A stretch of 64,000 bases of DNA. Origin: Callorhinchus milii (taxonomy: Eukaryota). The notes beneath the pieces were generated by a model that saw only the letters and a list, made by a program, of their open reading frames with translations, made no database searches and was not told where the DNA came from. The first letter of the stretch is position 1. The number at the start of each line of letters is the position of its first letter. Of this stretch, positions 14,301-25,914 are shown piece after piece. Position numbers and translations under genes: made by a program. The stretch covers positions 129,520,001 to 129,584,000 of the forward strand of contig NW_024704742.1 of the NCBI RefSeq assembly GCF_018977255.1, in the 5' to 3' direction.

Positions 14301-14868
14301 GGCTTGAGGAGGAAGGAGAAAAGAGATCATGGTCCAGGACAATGCAATCCCGTTAGTTCCTTAAGATCTCTGCTCTCATGGGATAAAGTGATCACCAAAT
14401 TATTTCGGAGATGGGGAGAAGACTGGAGTCAACACTTCAAACACATAGAATAGGATAGTAGCCCAAAGGACGTTCTATCACTGGAGCCCACACACATAAA
14501 ATACACCAGCCTCTTTACAGTGGGGATTGTACACTCCCTACCACATATACACACATGGGCCCTTTCTTTTGGAAAACAAAAGTTAAATTGAACAGAAAAT
14601 AGCTGGACGTTCAACCATAAGGTTTCCAAGGTTGGTTGTCACCCGAGCCAAGCTTACCCATTTCTGCTTTCTTTATCTCCATTTTTAAGTCTGAGAACGT
14701 TGAATACTGAGACTCAGTCGACACAGAATGAGTATCATTTTCCACCATGGATGGAGTCAATTCCTTCAGCACGGAGATTTGGGGGGTTTCAGATTTTTTT
14801 GTGTTAGTCTCCGAGGTCTCAATTTGCTCAGGCATGACCTTTTCATTTTTCTTGCTACCTAAAGGCAT
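632..14868 (-). CDS. ACSBG2-like: Long-chain-fatty-acid--CoA ligase, bubblegum (ACSBG) family; 5' nine coding exons: join(complement 14658-14868, 11097-11380, 9796-9884, 8820-8940, 7955-8035, 7536-7685, 4514-4687, 3400-3581, 632-865); C-terminal exons lie left of the window
   Basis: Spliced 1526 nt is open, with GT-AG introns and matching phases. Contains the AMP-binding motif [11 protein letters not shown] plus [21 protein letters not shown] and YGMSE; exon boundaries match those recalled for ACSBG genes. Confidence 0.93.
960..1233 (+). mobile_element. CR1 LINE reverse-transcriptase fragment
   Basis: Encodes ..[19 protein letters not shown].. and ..QRDLGVLV.. Confidence 0.85.
1234..1374 (+). 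mobile_element. tRNA-derived SINE, 5' half
   Basis: Near-identical to the head of the full copy at 25915. Confidence 0.9.
1657..1960 (+). mobile_element. CR1 LINE 3' end (young family)
   Basis: TRGHNLKI...[11 protein letters not shown]; nearly identical to the reverse complement of 30640-30960. Confidence 0.9.
1962..3115 (-). mobile_element. Cluster of L2 LINE 3' fragments
   Basis: [19 protein letters not shown] motif and L2 tails; the 1962-2532 copy closely resembles 53140-53705. Confidence 0.85.
3400..3581 (-). CDS. ACSBG2-like: ACSBG-like exon [24 protein letters not shown]...NIMAG
   Basis: ttttcag|GGT ... GG|gtaggt; 182 nt. Confidence 0.96.
4514..4687 (-). CDS. ACSBG2-like: ACSBG-like exon ITWTS...[16 protein letters not shown]...DALK
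   Basis: ttccag|ATA ... AAG|gtaggt; 174 nt. Confidence 0.96.
4745..5095 (-). mobile_element. CR1 LINE 3' end
   Basis: ORF 4684-5016 TRGHRFKI...[14 protein letters not shown]. Confidence 0.88.
5280..5325. repeat. (GA)n microsatellite
   Basis: Directly visible, inside an L2 remnant. Confidence 0.9.
5622..7015 (-). mobile_element. L2 LINE, 5'-truncated, decayed RT domain to 3' tail
   Basis: [26 protein letters not shown], disrupted [14 protein letters not shown], (TTG)n tail; frameshifts and stops. Confidence 0.93.
7536..7685 (-). CDS. ACSBG2-like: ACSBG-like exon with AMP-binding P-loop (WRQFMELG...[18 protein letters not shown])
   Basis: 150 nt; acceptor ttcaag|TGG; donor AAT|gtaagt. Confidence 0.96.
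7955..8035 (-). CDS. ACSBG2-like: ACSBG-like exon [27 protein letters not shown] (not in ORF track)
   Basis: tatctttag|ATC ... ACA|gtaagt; 81 nt; [10 protein letters not shown] motif. Confidence 0.95.
8070..8470 (-). mobile_element. Ancient SINE, AmnSINE2-like
   Basis: Degenerate similarity to the copies at 15275, 50600 and 56975; family name from recalled consensus. Confidence 0.4.
8820..8940 (-). CDS. ACSBG2-like: ACSBG-like exon [19 protein letters not shown]...QLEKILK
   Basis: tctgcag|T ... AAG|gtacgg; 121 nt; [11 protein letters not shown] motif. Confidence 0.95.
8999..9206 (-). mobile_element. Young SINE, 3' half
   Basis: Near-identical to 50213-50430 and 22552-22750. Confidence 0.92.
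9355..9740 (-). mobile_element. L2 LINE RT remnant
   Basis: [12 protein letters not shown] (degenerate YADD region). Confidence 0.75.
9796..9884 (-). CDS. ACSBG2-like: ACSBG-like exon [30 protein letters not shown] (this reading frame is not in the ORF track)
   Basis: gttcacag|CTT ... GG|gtaaca; 89 nt; matches the family motif HGVGI.GFNS.EWF. Confidence 0.95.
10065..10695 (-). mobile_element. L2 LINE 3' fragment
   Basis: L2 C-terminal similarity and tail. Confidence 0.8.
11097..11380 (-). CDS. ACSBG2-like: ACSBG-like exon (..TVTPFSAII...[14 protein letters not shown]...RRAAKSFLY)
   Basis: Acceptor tttgcttcag|TT; donor TAT|gtaggt; ACSBG N-terminal block LWT..(V)K.R and AAKSFL. The 5' boundary is less certain than the 3' one. 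Confidence 0.85.
12360..13230 (-). mobile_element. L2 LINE fragment
   Basis: ORF 12399-13226: RHGVNFQM..., [26 protein letters not shown]. Confidence 0.88.
14658..14868 (-). CDS. ACSBG2-like: ACSBG-like first coding exon ([15 protein letters not shown]...KKAEM); exon probably begins at 15051 as 5'UTR
   Basis: Donor ATGG|gtaagc (phase 1) fits the next exon; acceptor ttcctcttcccgcag| at 15052; first in-frame ATG after an in-frame TAA (15013-15015); second candidate ATG at 14835. The N-terminus is poorly conserved, so this exon is inferred. Confidence 0.6.
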
Positions 14869-15274
14869 GCCCAGTTGCTCTATAAAACCTGCTTCTGAAT
14901 GCTTCCGTTTCCACCCCTGAGCAAGCAGGCGGCCCAGGTGTCGCCTCCGACTTCGCTGGCCGGGTGCTGGAGCTGGCAAAGGAACTGAGGCCCGGGCACA
15001 GTGGAAGGATCCTTATTGTGTTTCTTTTTGAAAGAAGAAATCGTCTAAAGTCTGCGGGAAGAGGAACCATCTGCCATCAGCTGTGTTTCACCCACAAAAT
15101 AAACAGTCAATTCACTTTACAGTATATTCTGTGAAGAGTTTTGAGACGTCTCAAAGACGTGATAAGGTGCCATATCGAATGCAAAGATCGTTATTATTAT
15201 TATTATCATCAGGATAATAGTCATGCAAATAAGATACTTTCATACTCGAGCCCATAGTTCATTTGATAAATTCC

Positions 15275-15560
15275 TTGCTTGGAGTGAAACTGAGCCACAC
15301 AGAGATGGAAAGTCTCAGGTCTGAGCTGAAGTCAGCTCCCCCTGGTCTAAAGAAGGGGAAATTATGTAGGATTCTCAGTCTTGATCTGTATCCAGCGACC
15401 CTTCCTAAAATGTGGGCATCGGCTGAGGACAGGACTCAGCTACTATCACTCATTGCTTATTTTCACAGGTGACAAATGGCTACTTGGGTGAGATATTAGA
15501 TGGTGGTTATGCATGTGAAAACGTATCCTAGCAAGAACGAGCACCTTCAGGTGAGGAAAC
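15275..15560 (+). mobile_element. Ancient SINE, AmnSINE2-like
   Basis: ACTGAGCCACACAGA..., TATCCAGCGACCC, GAGGACAGGACTCAGC, AATGGCTACTTGGGTGAG blocks; recalled consensus. Confidence 0.5.
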
Positions 15561-15634
15561 CAAAACAAATACTCACTAAATACACATCTCTCATTTTTAA
15601 CTATGTCCAACTTAAAGAGAGCAAATCTCAGTTG

Positions 15635-15970
15635 AGAGACTCACTCTCGCCTCTGAGTCAGAAGATTGTGGGTTCAAGCCCCATGTCGGGATTTGCAATT
15701 ACTTAATCTAAGATGACACTCCAACGCAGTGCTGGGGCTGTATTGCACTGTTAAAGAAGCCGTGCTTCATGTGAGATGTTAAACCAAGGTCCCGTCTGTC
15801 TGTTCAGGAAAGATTTAAAAGGAGAAGGGAATTTTTCCCGTGTCCTGGCCAAACAATTCCCCAAATAAAATTGGTCACTCAATCCATGGCTGTTTGTGAG
15901 ACAATGCTGATTATGCTAGGGCTGGAAATGATGACAGGTTTCACTCACAAAATATATAGTCAAAACTGCT
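15635..15970 (+). mobile_element. Deu-domain tRNA SINE (SacSINE1-like)
   Basis: tRNA head CTCGCCTCTGAGTCAGAAG...GGTTCAAGCCC followed by Deu core GAGATGTTAAACCAAGGTCCCGTCTG. Confidence 0.7.
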
Positions 15971-17169
15971 TTATAATAATAATAATCCTTGCATTTAATA
16001 TGGCGCTTTTCACGTCTTCTCAACATCTCAAAGCACTTCACAGAATAGAATGTAAAGTGAATTAACCATATATTTGTGGGCGAAACATTTACAGTATATT
16101 CTGTGAAGCGCTTTGAGACATATTAACAACGTAATATGGCGATATATCAACTGCAAGGATTATTATTATTACTATTATTATTGGTGATGTGGCTATCCCA
16201 AGTGACTACAACACAAGAAATAAGAAACTAGAGAAGATCACGAAATGTATCAATCTACAAATTGAATGCGGACGTATGTAGCAGCATAAATCAAATATAG
16301 TTCCTATAATCATCAATGAAGTAGGACTGTTAATAACACTATTCAGAAACGGTTTGATAAAATACCTGGTGAATAAAATATCAACCTCCTGCAAAAAGTA
16401 GCTATTTTAGGAATTTCTAGTATACTAAGATAAGTAACATCCATTCATATGTGACATAGCAGTGTTATTGGTCTAGCTGACCCATCACTGAAATCCACTC
16501 AGAGATGACCTCTACGAAGTGATTTAAACTGTAATAACATCATCATCATCATAATAATAAGTACTGCTGATGGGCAAAGTCAACAGTGCCACCTGTGGAT
16601 CAATGTTCTTGTAAATTGCAACAAATTCAAGTGGTAACAATTCCTTGCTAAATATTACTGTATTTACACACTGCAAAAATTCCCAAAGGTTTTGCAAATG
16701 TTCCCTTTTTATATAAAAAACACGCAAAATTCTACTAACCTCTCCAAAATATTTTCATTCCTGGAGAAAGGTTCTGTTACTATATTCAAGCCAACATCTG
16801 CAGAAGAAGTGTTAATACTCACAGACATCTTGGCAATTTAACCCATTGCAAAACAAAATTGAGAAAACTGCAAAATTGGCTTTTGAATCTTGCATAAGAG
16901 AAATGAAAGTTACAATAGTTAATGTAGCTATGTCCAAAGAGACAGTCAAAAAATGGCATGATTGCAAGGGAGGGGTGGGGGAAGGTAAACAGAGTCTTCA
17001 GGCTAGTAAATGTAAGTCCTGCAATAATAATAATAGTAATTTCTGCATTTGAGAGAGTGCTTTACCTATCAGGATGATGTCTCAAAGGGATTCAGAGGAT
17101 TTTACTGTAAAGTGTAGTGACTGTTTGTTTTATTGGCATTACAATGCACTGTTGACGACTCATTACACT

Positions 17170-17615
17170 GTATAGCCCTCTTCACATCGGAAAGATGTCC
17201 CAGGTCGCTGGACAATCATGGGTTTTTGGACCCAAGCTGGGAGTTGGAGGTAGTTGGGGATTGGGGGTGGGAAGGTGGCCGAAGGCACTGTCAAAGTTGA
17301 AGATCTTTAGATGGGACTTGAAGGAGGCAAGCCAGGGGGTGAGGCGGAGGGATCATGGGATAGAGTTCCAGAGTGTGGGTGCAGAGATGCTGAATGATCG
17401 ACCACAAATGGTGGGGTGGGAAGTGTGGGGGACCTGAAGCAGGCTGGTGTCTGTCAGACATAGGGAGTGGACAGGCTGATATGTGGTTAGGAGGTCGGAG
17501 AGGTAGTGGGGAGCAAGACCATGGAGGGCTTTGAAGGTGAGAATGAGGGTTTTGGACTCGATTCTCTGAGGGATGGGGAGCCAGTGAAGTCGGGCAAGAA
17601 TGGGGGTGATGAGAA
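17170..17615 (-). mobile_element. L2 LINE 3' fragment
   Basis: [17 protein letters not shown]...LWNSIP. Confidence 0.85.
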
Positions 17616-18994
17616 CAATGAGATTTAGAAGTATGGACATGTCCTGAACCCTGAGAGCAAAATGGCTAAAGGGTAAGGGAGTGCAAGGGGACCAAGTGCT
17701 GTAAATCAAACCCTAAGCTTTGTGTTGGTGAGATCCATGGTTAACATTATAGTTCCTGAAGTACATTTATGATAGCACTCAGACTTACCACAATCTACAA
17801 CATACATAAATCTTCTGCAATGATGATGGGAATGGAAATGAGAAATGACTAGTAGCAACAATATTACATACTGTAACCACATTAAAGTTTTATGCCAGGT
17901 CTCAATTTGGCATCCGCCAAGGAAAAACGGAAAGTTGCAAAAGTAACCACAGATTTAACCACCTTTGATCCGAAGTTCAGGTTTTTTTTGAGTTTATTTA
18001 TTTAAGTTACACACAAAAAAAATGTTCTTATGATCTGTTACTTGGGAGCTAAAAGCGTAAGAGCTTTCCACATCGTGAATTGCCTTATAATGGCAACCCT
18101 ACACTTTTTTTTGGTCAGCCGGGTATTGTCACATGTGGACACCCATTACCATGCCAGAGTATCCAAGCCAAACAGAATTCCATGCATCCCACCTACACAT
18201 GGAAATTCTCATTTTGGAATGGCATATACACTCTCCGCTTGGAGGTACACATCCTGCTTAGCTAATTCCAGAAAGTATTAGGCAGAGGTTTGCAAGAGCC
18301 AAGACTTGGGAGTGTCCAAGGGGGACTGTTCCCGACATGAAAGGCATATACAAATGCAATTTGTTGTTGTTGCTGAGTTTAACCAGCTACAGGGTTAGCA
18401 AGAGCTGAGTAGGAAGAATTGCTGCCCTTTGTATCTCATCTTCGAATCAATATCCTCAAGGTACCCTCTCAAACCTTCTGAACTGTGATTCTGCACTTGT
18501 GGCACTCACCATCATGTCCCACTGAGTGGCCCAGTGTTCGAGATGATGAGTACAGCAAATAAGATCCCCAGGTGAGTCTGTCAGCAGCACAATATAATCT
18601 GTAAATTGAAGTGCCCAATTCTGCCAGGAATACCTGGAACAGATCCACCAAGTCCACCCTCCTCGATGCCATCCAATTACACATCTTTGGTGAATGCACT
18701 GAATAAGGTGGTTGAGAATGGACAGTCTGGTCTTATTCCCCTTTCAAGAGGAGTAACTCAGTAAGTTACCATCAAGACTTTCCTGCACGTTACAGGGAAT
18801 AATTCTCCTTCTAAGGATTGGAAAATGTCCAAAATTAGGAAAATAACTATTGCACATTGGCCTTAAATAAAATTATCAAGGCCCAATTTGGAGGTAATAT
18901 ATGACTATTACTACTACTATTACTACTAATAATAACAGTCCTTGCATTTCTATCTTATGTCGAAATATCTCAAAACTCTCCACAGAGTTTTTAT

Positions 18995-20012
18995 TGGCGA
19001 CATCATCCGCAGACATGGGGGCAATTTCCACATGTATGTGGATGACACCCAACTCAACCTCTCTGCATCCACCCTTGACTCCAGGACCACTGCAGTCCTG
19101 TCAGAATGTCTGTCAGACATCAAGTCCTGGATGAGAGCAAACTTTCTTCAGTCGAAAGTCAACAAGACCGAGGCTCTTCTGATTGGCTCCCGTCAGCACC
19201 TCCTCACCTCAGGCGCTGACAGCATCACCATCCATGGTTGCACACTCCACCTTACTAAGCCAGTCCGGAACCTTGGGGGCTTGTTTGACCCTCAATTATC
19301 CTTTCTACCCCACATCTGTGCCATGACCAGTTCTGCCTTCCCCCACCTCCGTAACACCGCCCAGCTCTGCAACTGTCTCACACTGCAGGCCGCCAAAAAC
19401 CCTCTAACATACTTACATTACATCGAGGCTCGACTATGCAAACTCATTGCTTGTCGGCCTCCCCAACTCCTCCTTTCACAGGCTGCAGATCAACCAGAAC
19501 TCTGCAGCTCATGTCCTCTCCCAGACTAGGCTCCACGACCCTATCACTCCCATCCTTGCCCAACTCCACTGGCTTCCCATCACACAGAGGATACAGTTCA
19601 AGATCCTGGTCCTCACCTTCAAAGCCCTCCGTGGTCTTGCTCCCCACTACCTCTGTGACCTCCTAACCCCCTACCATCCTGTTCGCGCCCACCGCTCAGC
19701 GGACTCCAGCCTGCTTCACGTCCCCCACCTTGCTCACCCCACTATTGGCAGGCGGGCCTTCCACCACTCTGTCCCCACCCTCCGGAACTCCATCCCACAG
19801 TCCCTCCACCTTGCCCCCTCCATGGTCACCTTCAAGATCCATCTCAATTCCCTCCTCTTCGACCGTGCTTTTGATCTCCCTGATTCCCCCCCTGCCCTCC
19901 ACCCTCTTCCACCCCGAGCCCCAGCTTGGGTCCGCAACTCTGTCTGTCCAGCGCCTTGGGACATCCTCCCAACATGAAAGGCGCTTTACAAATGTAATTT
20001 TGTTGTTGTTCT
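18995..20012 (+). mobile_element. L2 LINE, RT C-terminal half to tail
   Basis: [35 protein letters not shown], (TTG)n tail; same family as 5622-7015. Confidence 0.92.
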
Positions 20013-20309
20013 TCTTCGACTGGAAGAAGAAAGGAAATAATCATAACGAAAACTGACCAAAGGCTGAGATTTTCATAGATATGGCTTTGTGACTGGCCAG
20101 TTGGACTACCTCAGTTGTCTTTTCCCCCGTTTTGTATATTCTCATGTTACTAGACATATAATGGGATAAATAAACCCAGAACAATTCTTTTAGATGTACA
20201 AAGGTCACAATCACAAGAAGGTACAGATTCAGATTTGTGAAAGGCAAGTTGAAGTTAGGCACCAGGAATTATTTCTTTATACAGAAAATAATGAACAGGA
20301 ACTGGTTAC

Positions 20310-20413
20310 CATTTATAAAGCAGCTTGTTGCAAATGAGAAGACGAGAGGATGAGTCTTGGATCTGGAAGGTTGAAAGCAAAGGGGCCTTCTTCATCCGAA
20401 TCTGTCACGATAC
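20310..20413 (-). other. Candidate 5'UTR exon of the ACSBG-like gene
   Basis: Non-repeat sequence with acceptor ttttgacatgtccccag| and donor ATG|gtaacc; all three frames contain stops. Confidence 0.35.
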
Positions 20414-22551
20414 CTGGGGACATGTCAAAACAAAAACACATGTTAAAAACAAGACTGTCAAACACAAACACCCCTGTTCCTGCCCCATTCCCTAATTTAA
20501 AATAAAATAAATAATAAAATAATAATAATTTGGTCACTTCAATCCACGACTGTTTGTGGGACACTGTTATGCGCAACTGGCTGCCACATTTCACCCACAA
20601 AATATGCAGTCAATTCACTTGACAAGGATTATTATTATTATTGAATGCCAGTGTTATTAGAAGATATATATCTAAAGGCATTCTGCTAATTTGTCCAGAT
20701 AAGTAGTTGGAGGAGACAAATGATTAAAACAAAAGTGAAAAATTAAGTTAAATGTTTATTATATTTACAAACTACCAATCCATTTCTAACTTTCTTTACT
20801 AAAGTTCTGGAACTCATTGTTGAAAATCAACTTCATTCAAACCTCTCCCTATATTCCCTTTTCAAACCCCTCCAGTCCCTTTCCACCCTGCCCACAGCAC
20901 AGAGGCAGCGCTCGTCAAAGTCACAAATGATGTCCTTTCTCTCTGTGACCAGGGTTCCTTCTACCTCCTTGGCCTCGCCACTGCATTTGTCAATGTCAAT
21001 CATGCGATCCTCCTCCACCGCCTCTCTTCCCTCATCCAACTCAGTGGAATCGCACTCACCTGGTTCGAGTTCTACTTAACCAACTACCATGACTTTCTGT
21101 AAATGTTTTTTCTTCCCACCCCTGCCCGGTCACCTGCGCTCCCCAATGCTCCATCCTTAATAATGATAATACTTGTATTTGATATAGCGCTTCATCAAGT
21201 CTTGAGATGTCTCAAAGTGCTTCACAGAATATATTGGAAAGTGGATTGACTGTATTTTGTGGGTGAAACACGGCAGTCAATTGTGTACAGCAGTGTCCCA
21301 CAAACAGTGGTGGATTGAGTGAGCATTTTTTTTTGTAGTGAGTATTACCCCTTGAAAGCAATCCGCCAATCATCTAACAACCAGGTTCCAACTTAATGCT
21401 AGGTATGTAAGTATGTATTCATGTAGTCAATCATGCAATCCTCCTCCACTGTCTCTCTTCCCTCATCTATATTATATATACACAAGATATATATATGGTC
21501 TTTTATGGTCTATTATGGTCTTCATTTAAGTGTGAGTTGGCTTTAGTTTTATTGACCTAGTTGTTACCAATTAATAGCATATGAGTCAAGTGCATGACAT
21601 GCTTGGGCGAGATCCAAAATAATGAGCTGTACACAGAATCCATATCAGAGGTGAATAAAATCCATATTTGTTTTTTACAATCCTAGCCACTGCAGAAGCT
21701 AGGATAAATTCTTTTAAAGTATAGGATACGTGATGTGCTGCTTGTTCATTAAACAGTAAATCTTACAAAGCATGAAAGACTTCCTAGTTTCATCTTACCA
21801 ATGGAGAACTTACTTTGAAATAAAATCTTAAAATTTCAGGGTATGCTTTTTTTCATGTGACTATATTGCCATGTTTTTATTACAAGCCCCACAACCACAT
21901 CAGGCCTTTAGATGTGTGGAATTACAGTTTGGCTCATCCCTCTCATCTCCAAGTATTGTGGGTTCCAGCCCAAGTCCGTAACTGAATCCACAGTTGAAGT
22001 TGACCGTCCAGTGCAGAACTGTGGGCTGTTAAATCGTTGGAGGTGATGTCCTTCAGGAGGCGTTTAAAAAAAGTTCCGCCAACATAAAATATCCTACTAC
22101 ACTTACTCATAAAGAAAAGGGCATGGTCATGGCCAACAATCCACCAGATAAATTAATTGTTTGGTTGGTCGTATATGGGTTTTTGTACGACTTCACTGTG
22201 TTGGAATTGGCTGTTACATTTCCCTACAAATTCACGGTCACTATACGCATGCATCTGTGAAACACTTTGAGATGTTTAACTTTATCAAATTCCAGGATTA
22301 TCATGGTTATCCTGCATTTTAGGGCATCTTCCGTATCACAACCAAGTGATCTGTCAGGGAAAGATTGGATGACGACCTGTCTCTTTCCTGCACTGCTCAA
22401 TTAACTCCAGTGAAAAGTGTACATGTGCGTGTATATGCATGTGAGTATATGCATGTGAGTACATACAATAAGAGCAGAAAAAAAGAACCCTACACTCATG
22501 CCATGCAATGACTTACAGCAATCAAACTGTGCTTGGCTATTGTACTAAATA

Positions 22552-22859
22552 TAATAATAATCCTTGCATTTGATATAGCGCTTTTCACGTCGGGGGGACG
22601 TCCCAAAGCGCTTCACAGAACACACTGTAAAGTGAATTCACTGTACATTTGTGGGCAAACGCGGCAGCCAATTGCGCACAGCAATGTCCCACAAACAGTC
22701 GTAGATTGAAATGACCAATTTAATATTGTTTTGTTTTGGAGGGATTATTATTAGGCATATGGAGTAAGGAAACTTGCCCAAGGTTTCGCCCTGCCTGGAA
22801 TTGAACTCAGGTCTCTCGCTTGCAAAGCGAGTGCTCTAACCACTGAGCTACAGGACTCC
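22552..22859 (-). mobile_element. Full-length young tRNA(Ala-like)-derived SINE with L2 tail
   Basis: GGAGTCCTGTAGCTCAGTGGTTAGAGC (A box)...GAGTTCAATTCC (B box), body, stem-loop tail, (TTA)n; resembles the elephant-shark SINE2 family as recalled. Confidence 0.93.
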
Positions 22860-23010
22860 AATATGTCCACTAAAAGTTTTGGGTGGAGGGAGGGAGTTAA
22901 GGTTACATCAATGAGTTCAAGATTTCACAATCCCAACTCAATTTCATGCCTCAACAACTGGACTTTCCATGGAAAGTCGTCGTAGACATGGTAGCAAATT
23001 CAGGAAATCT

Positions 23011-23173
23011 AGGCTACTGGCAAATAATTCAAAACAGTGCAGATGGTAAGGAATTATGTGGGAAAGTGATGGGACTTTCTAAAGAAAGGAAGGCACTTTC
23101 TCTGGAAAGTCCCTTCAATTCCCCACATTAATCCTCACCATCTGCACTGCTTTGAATTGTTTGCCAGCAGCCT
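23011..23173. repeat. Near-perfect palindrome (78-bp arms, 7-nt loop)
   Basis: Hand alignment 67/78 identical, ungapped. Confidence 0.92.
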
Positions 23174-25289
23174 GAAATTTGTGTTCCTCTGTAACTTATT
23201 CTTTTACTTTCCATTAGTCCCATCCAAACCCACAGTAGCTGATTCATAGTATATTCTTTGAACAAACCAGATCATGCTATTTATTTGACATTTTTCTGGT
23301 TCCAACTCGCACTCTCTCTCTCTTTCTCTCTATCCCTCCCCCTTCACATTTTCAAGTCTGAGCTGGATAAATAATTGTTAGGTCAGGGTATTAAGGGATA
23401 TGGGCAAGGGCGGGTAACTGGACTTGAGGTACCGATCAGCCATGATCTTATAAAATGACGGAATAGACTTGAGGGGCTCAAATAGCCTACTACTGTTTCT
23501 ATGTTTCTAACTAAAATTGGAAAGTCAGACAATAGTCAAGGTACATGACTCCTCTGCTGCAGGACAGCATATGTCAAAATGTTTCAGTGAGCAATAAGGA
23601 AAAAGTAGATCAATACCGTTCACTTAGACTTTCATAAAGCTTTATATTCCTTACGTTGTTCCTTGCACCCTATCACTTTGTTAAAACATCTCAAAGCGTT
23701 CCATAGGGTTGAATGTAAAGACTGTAATAATAATAATCCCTGCATTTGACATAGCACTTTTCACATTGGGAGGATGTCTCAAAGTAATCCACACTTTGTG
23801 GAACACTTTGAGATGTTTATTGTAAAGTGGAGTCGGTGCATTCGTGGGTGAACTCAGCAGCTGATTTGCGTATAGCAACGTCTCACACAAGAGTCATGAA
23901 ATAAATGACCAATTTATCTGGGGGATTGTTGGCCAGGACACTGAGAGAAACTTCCTTCTATAGTGCCATAGTATCTTTAAATTGAACATCAATAAGCAGA
24001 CACCCAGGGACGTTGATTTAATGTCTCATTCGAAGAGTGGCTTTCCTGACAATGGAAGGCTCTCCTTGTATTATATTGGACTGCATGTCTAAACTAGAGA
24101 AACATAGCCTAGAAGGGAGTACTGTTCTCATTGATAAGTCACAATAAATTTTTCGCTGTAATACAGCGTCACAGACCCCTGCTTCAGACTGCTCAATTGC
24201 ATCTGTTACAGCAACTTTGTGCTGAGAATTGAACTCGGAGACACTGAACAACAGGAATATTCAATATCCTGTGGAGTATTATCCAGACTCGCTGGGATTG
24301 AATATTCCTAGGACGTGTCATCAGATCAGTTCCTGGTCGAAGGCACCCACCTGCCTGCACTAAACATAATGAAAACATTCTGGCTTGGAAACAAGAAGCA
24401 AGACAGACAACTAACTCCAAAGCAAGCCAGGAAAATAACAGATGTGGAATAATTGCTAAAAATGGAGATTTGTGAAAATAAATCTTCGCGCAAAGTGTTT
24501 GGAATTACAACAACAATAAATTGACATTTATATAGTGCCTTTCACGTTTGGAGGACAACAACAACCAAATTATATTTATATAGCACCTTTCACGTCGGGA
24601 GACCATCCCAAGGTTTAGACAGTCAAGGATTTGTACCCGAGTTAGGAGTTGGGATCAAGAGGGGTGGAAGGCAGGAGAGTGAATGAAGGTACAGTCAAAG
24701 AGGAAGGTCTTTAAACAGGCCTATTGGAGGCAAAGGAGGAGTTGAGGCAAAGGGACTGTGGGATGGAGAAAAGCTGAAGGTCCAACCACCGAAGCTGGGG
24801 CAAGCAGGGCGGGTGACATGGAGCAGGCCAGAGTCTGTTTAGACTCCTAGAGGGAGCAGACAAATCGGTATGGAGACAGTTGTCAAAGAGATCAAGGCAA
24901 AAACAAAACAATATTGGGAGTGTTCAACATCCAAACAGATGAGAGCTGGTCTACTGAAGTTTCAGTAGAGGAATGGTTTTCTCGAATTACCATACTGTAC
25001 AAGATGACGCTCAAGGCAACATGGTGGTGTGATTAAAACCTGTAGAACTGGTCTCTTTTGTTAGCAAGTGAATTATGGCTTAAACAGGCATTTTATAAGA
25101 TGAAAATGAAGAACAGAGAGAGGTTGGGTTGTGGGGGGTTGGTGGGGGAAAGAGAAGAGGAAAGATTACCAAAAAGCTCATCTACCTAAAAAGAGCAACA
25201 CTATTTTTCAGCTCTATCAAAACACTTCTAACCACTGCTACACACTCTAAACACGTGAAAAGAGGTGCCCATTCATTATAATTCATTAT

Positions 25290-25630
25290 AATAATCCTTG
25301 CATTTGATATAGGGCCTGATCATGTCATTGAAATGTTTCAAAGCGCTTCACAGAATGTACTTCAAAGTGAATTAACTGTATTGTTTGTGGATGAAACACA
25401 GCAGCCAATTGCCCACAAATAGTCATCGATTGAGTGACCACATTTTTTGGGGAAGGGATTATTACCTCCTGGAAAACAATCCATCAATCGACTAACAACC
25501 TCATTCCTAGTTACTGCTAGGTAAACCGAGGCATGTAGAGTAAGGAAACTTGCCTAAGGTTTTGCCCCTCGGGAACCAAACTTACTTACTCTTGCTTGCG
25601 AGGTGAGCATGCTAACCACTACACTACGGG
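25290..25630 (-). mobile_element. Older subfamily copy of the same SINE
   Basis: Diverged head and tail with a longer internal segment. Confidence 0.8.
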
Positions 25631-25914
25631 GTGGGTGGTGACATTAAATTTGTTCCAAGAGGCTGGTACAAGTGTTTAGGAAGTCAGCACTACTATTCTC
25701 TTCAACCACACAAGAGAATGTCCACGCCTAATTCTCTCCCCTCAATGCGTAGTCAGTGTAGAGGCTGACACTCCAACACCGAGCCGCATTGTCAGAGATA
25801 CCGTCCTTCAGACAAGACAAACCAAGGTCCTGTCTGCTTGTTCATGGTGGGCTTAAAGTATGCTACGGCACTAGTTAAAAAATGAAGATTCCTGTCGAAG
25901 AACAGATGAAGAAC

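Noticed and set aside
14855..15070. 71-aa ORF resembling a mitochondrial presequence (FRRFLLSKRN...)
   Set aside because: It is out of frame with the ACSBG ORF, its ATG lies upstream of the acceptor, and it ends in a stop; no supporting upstream exon was found.
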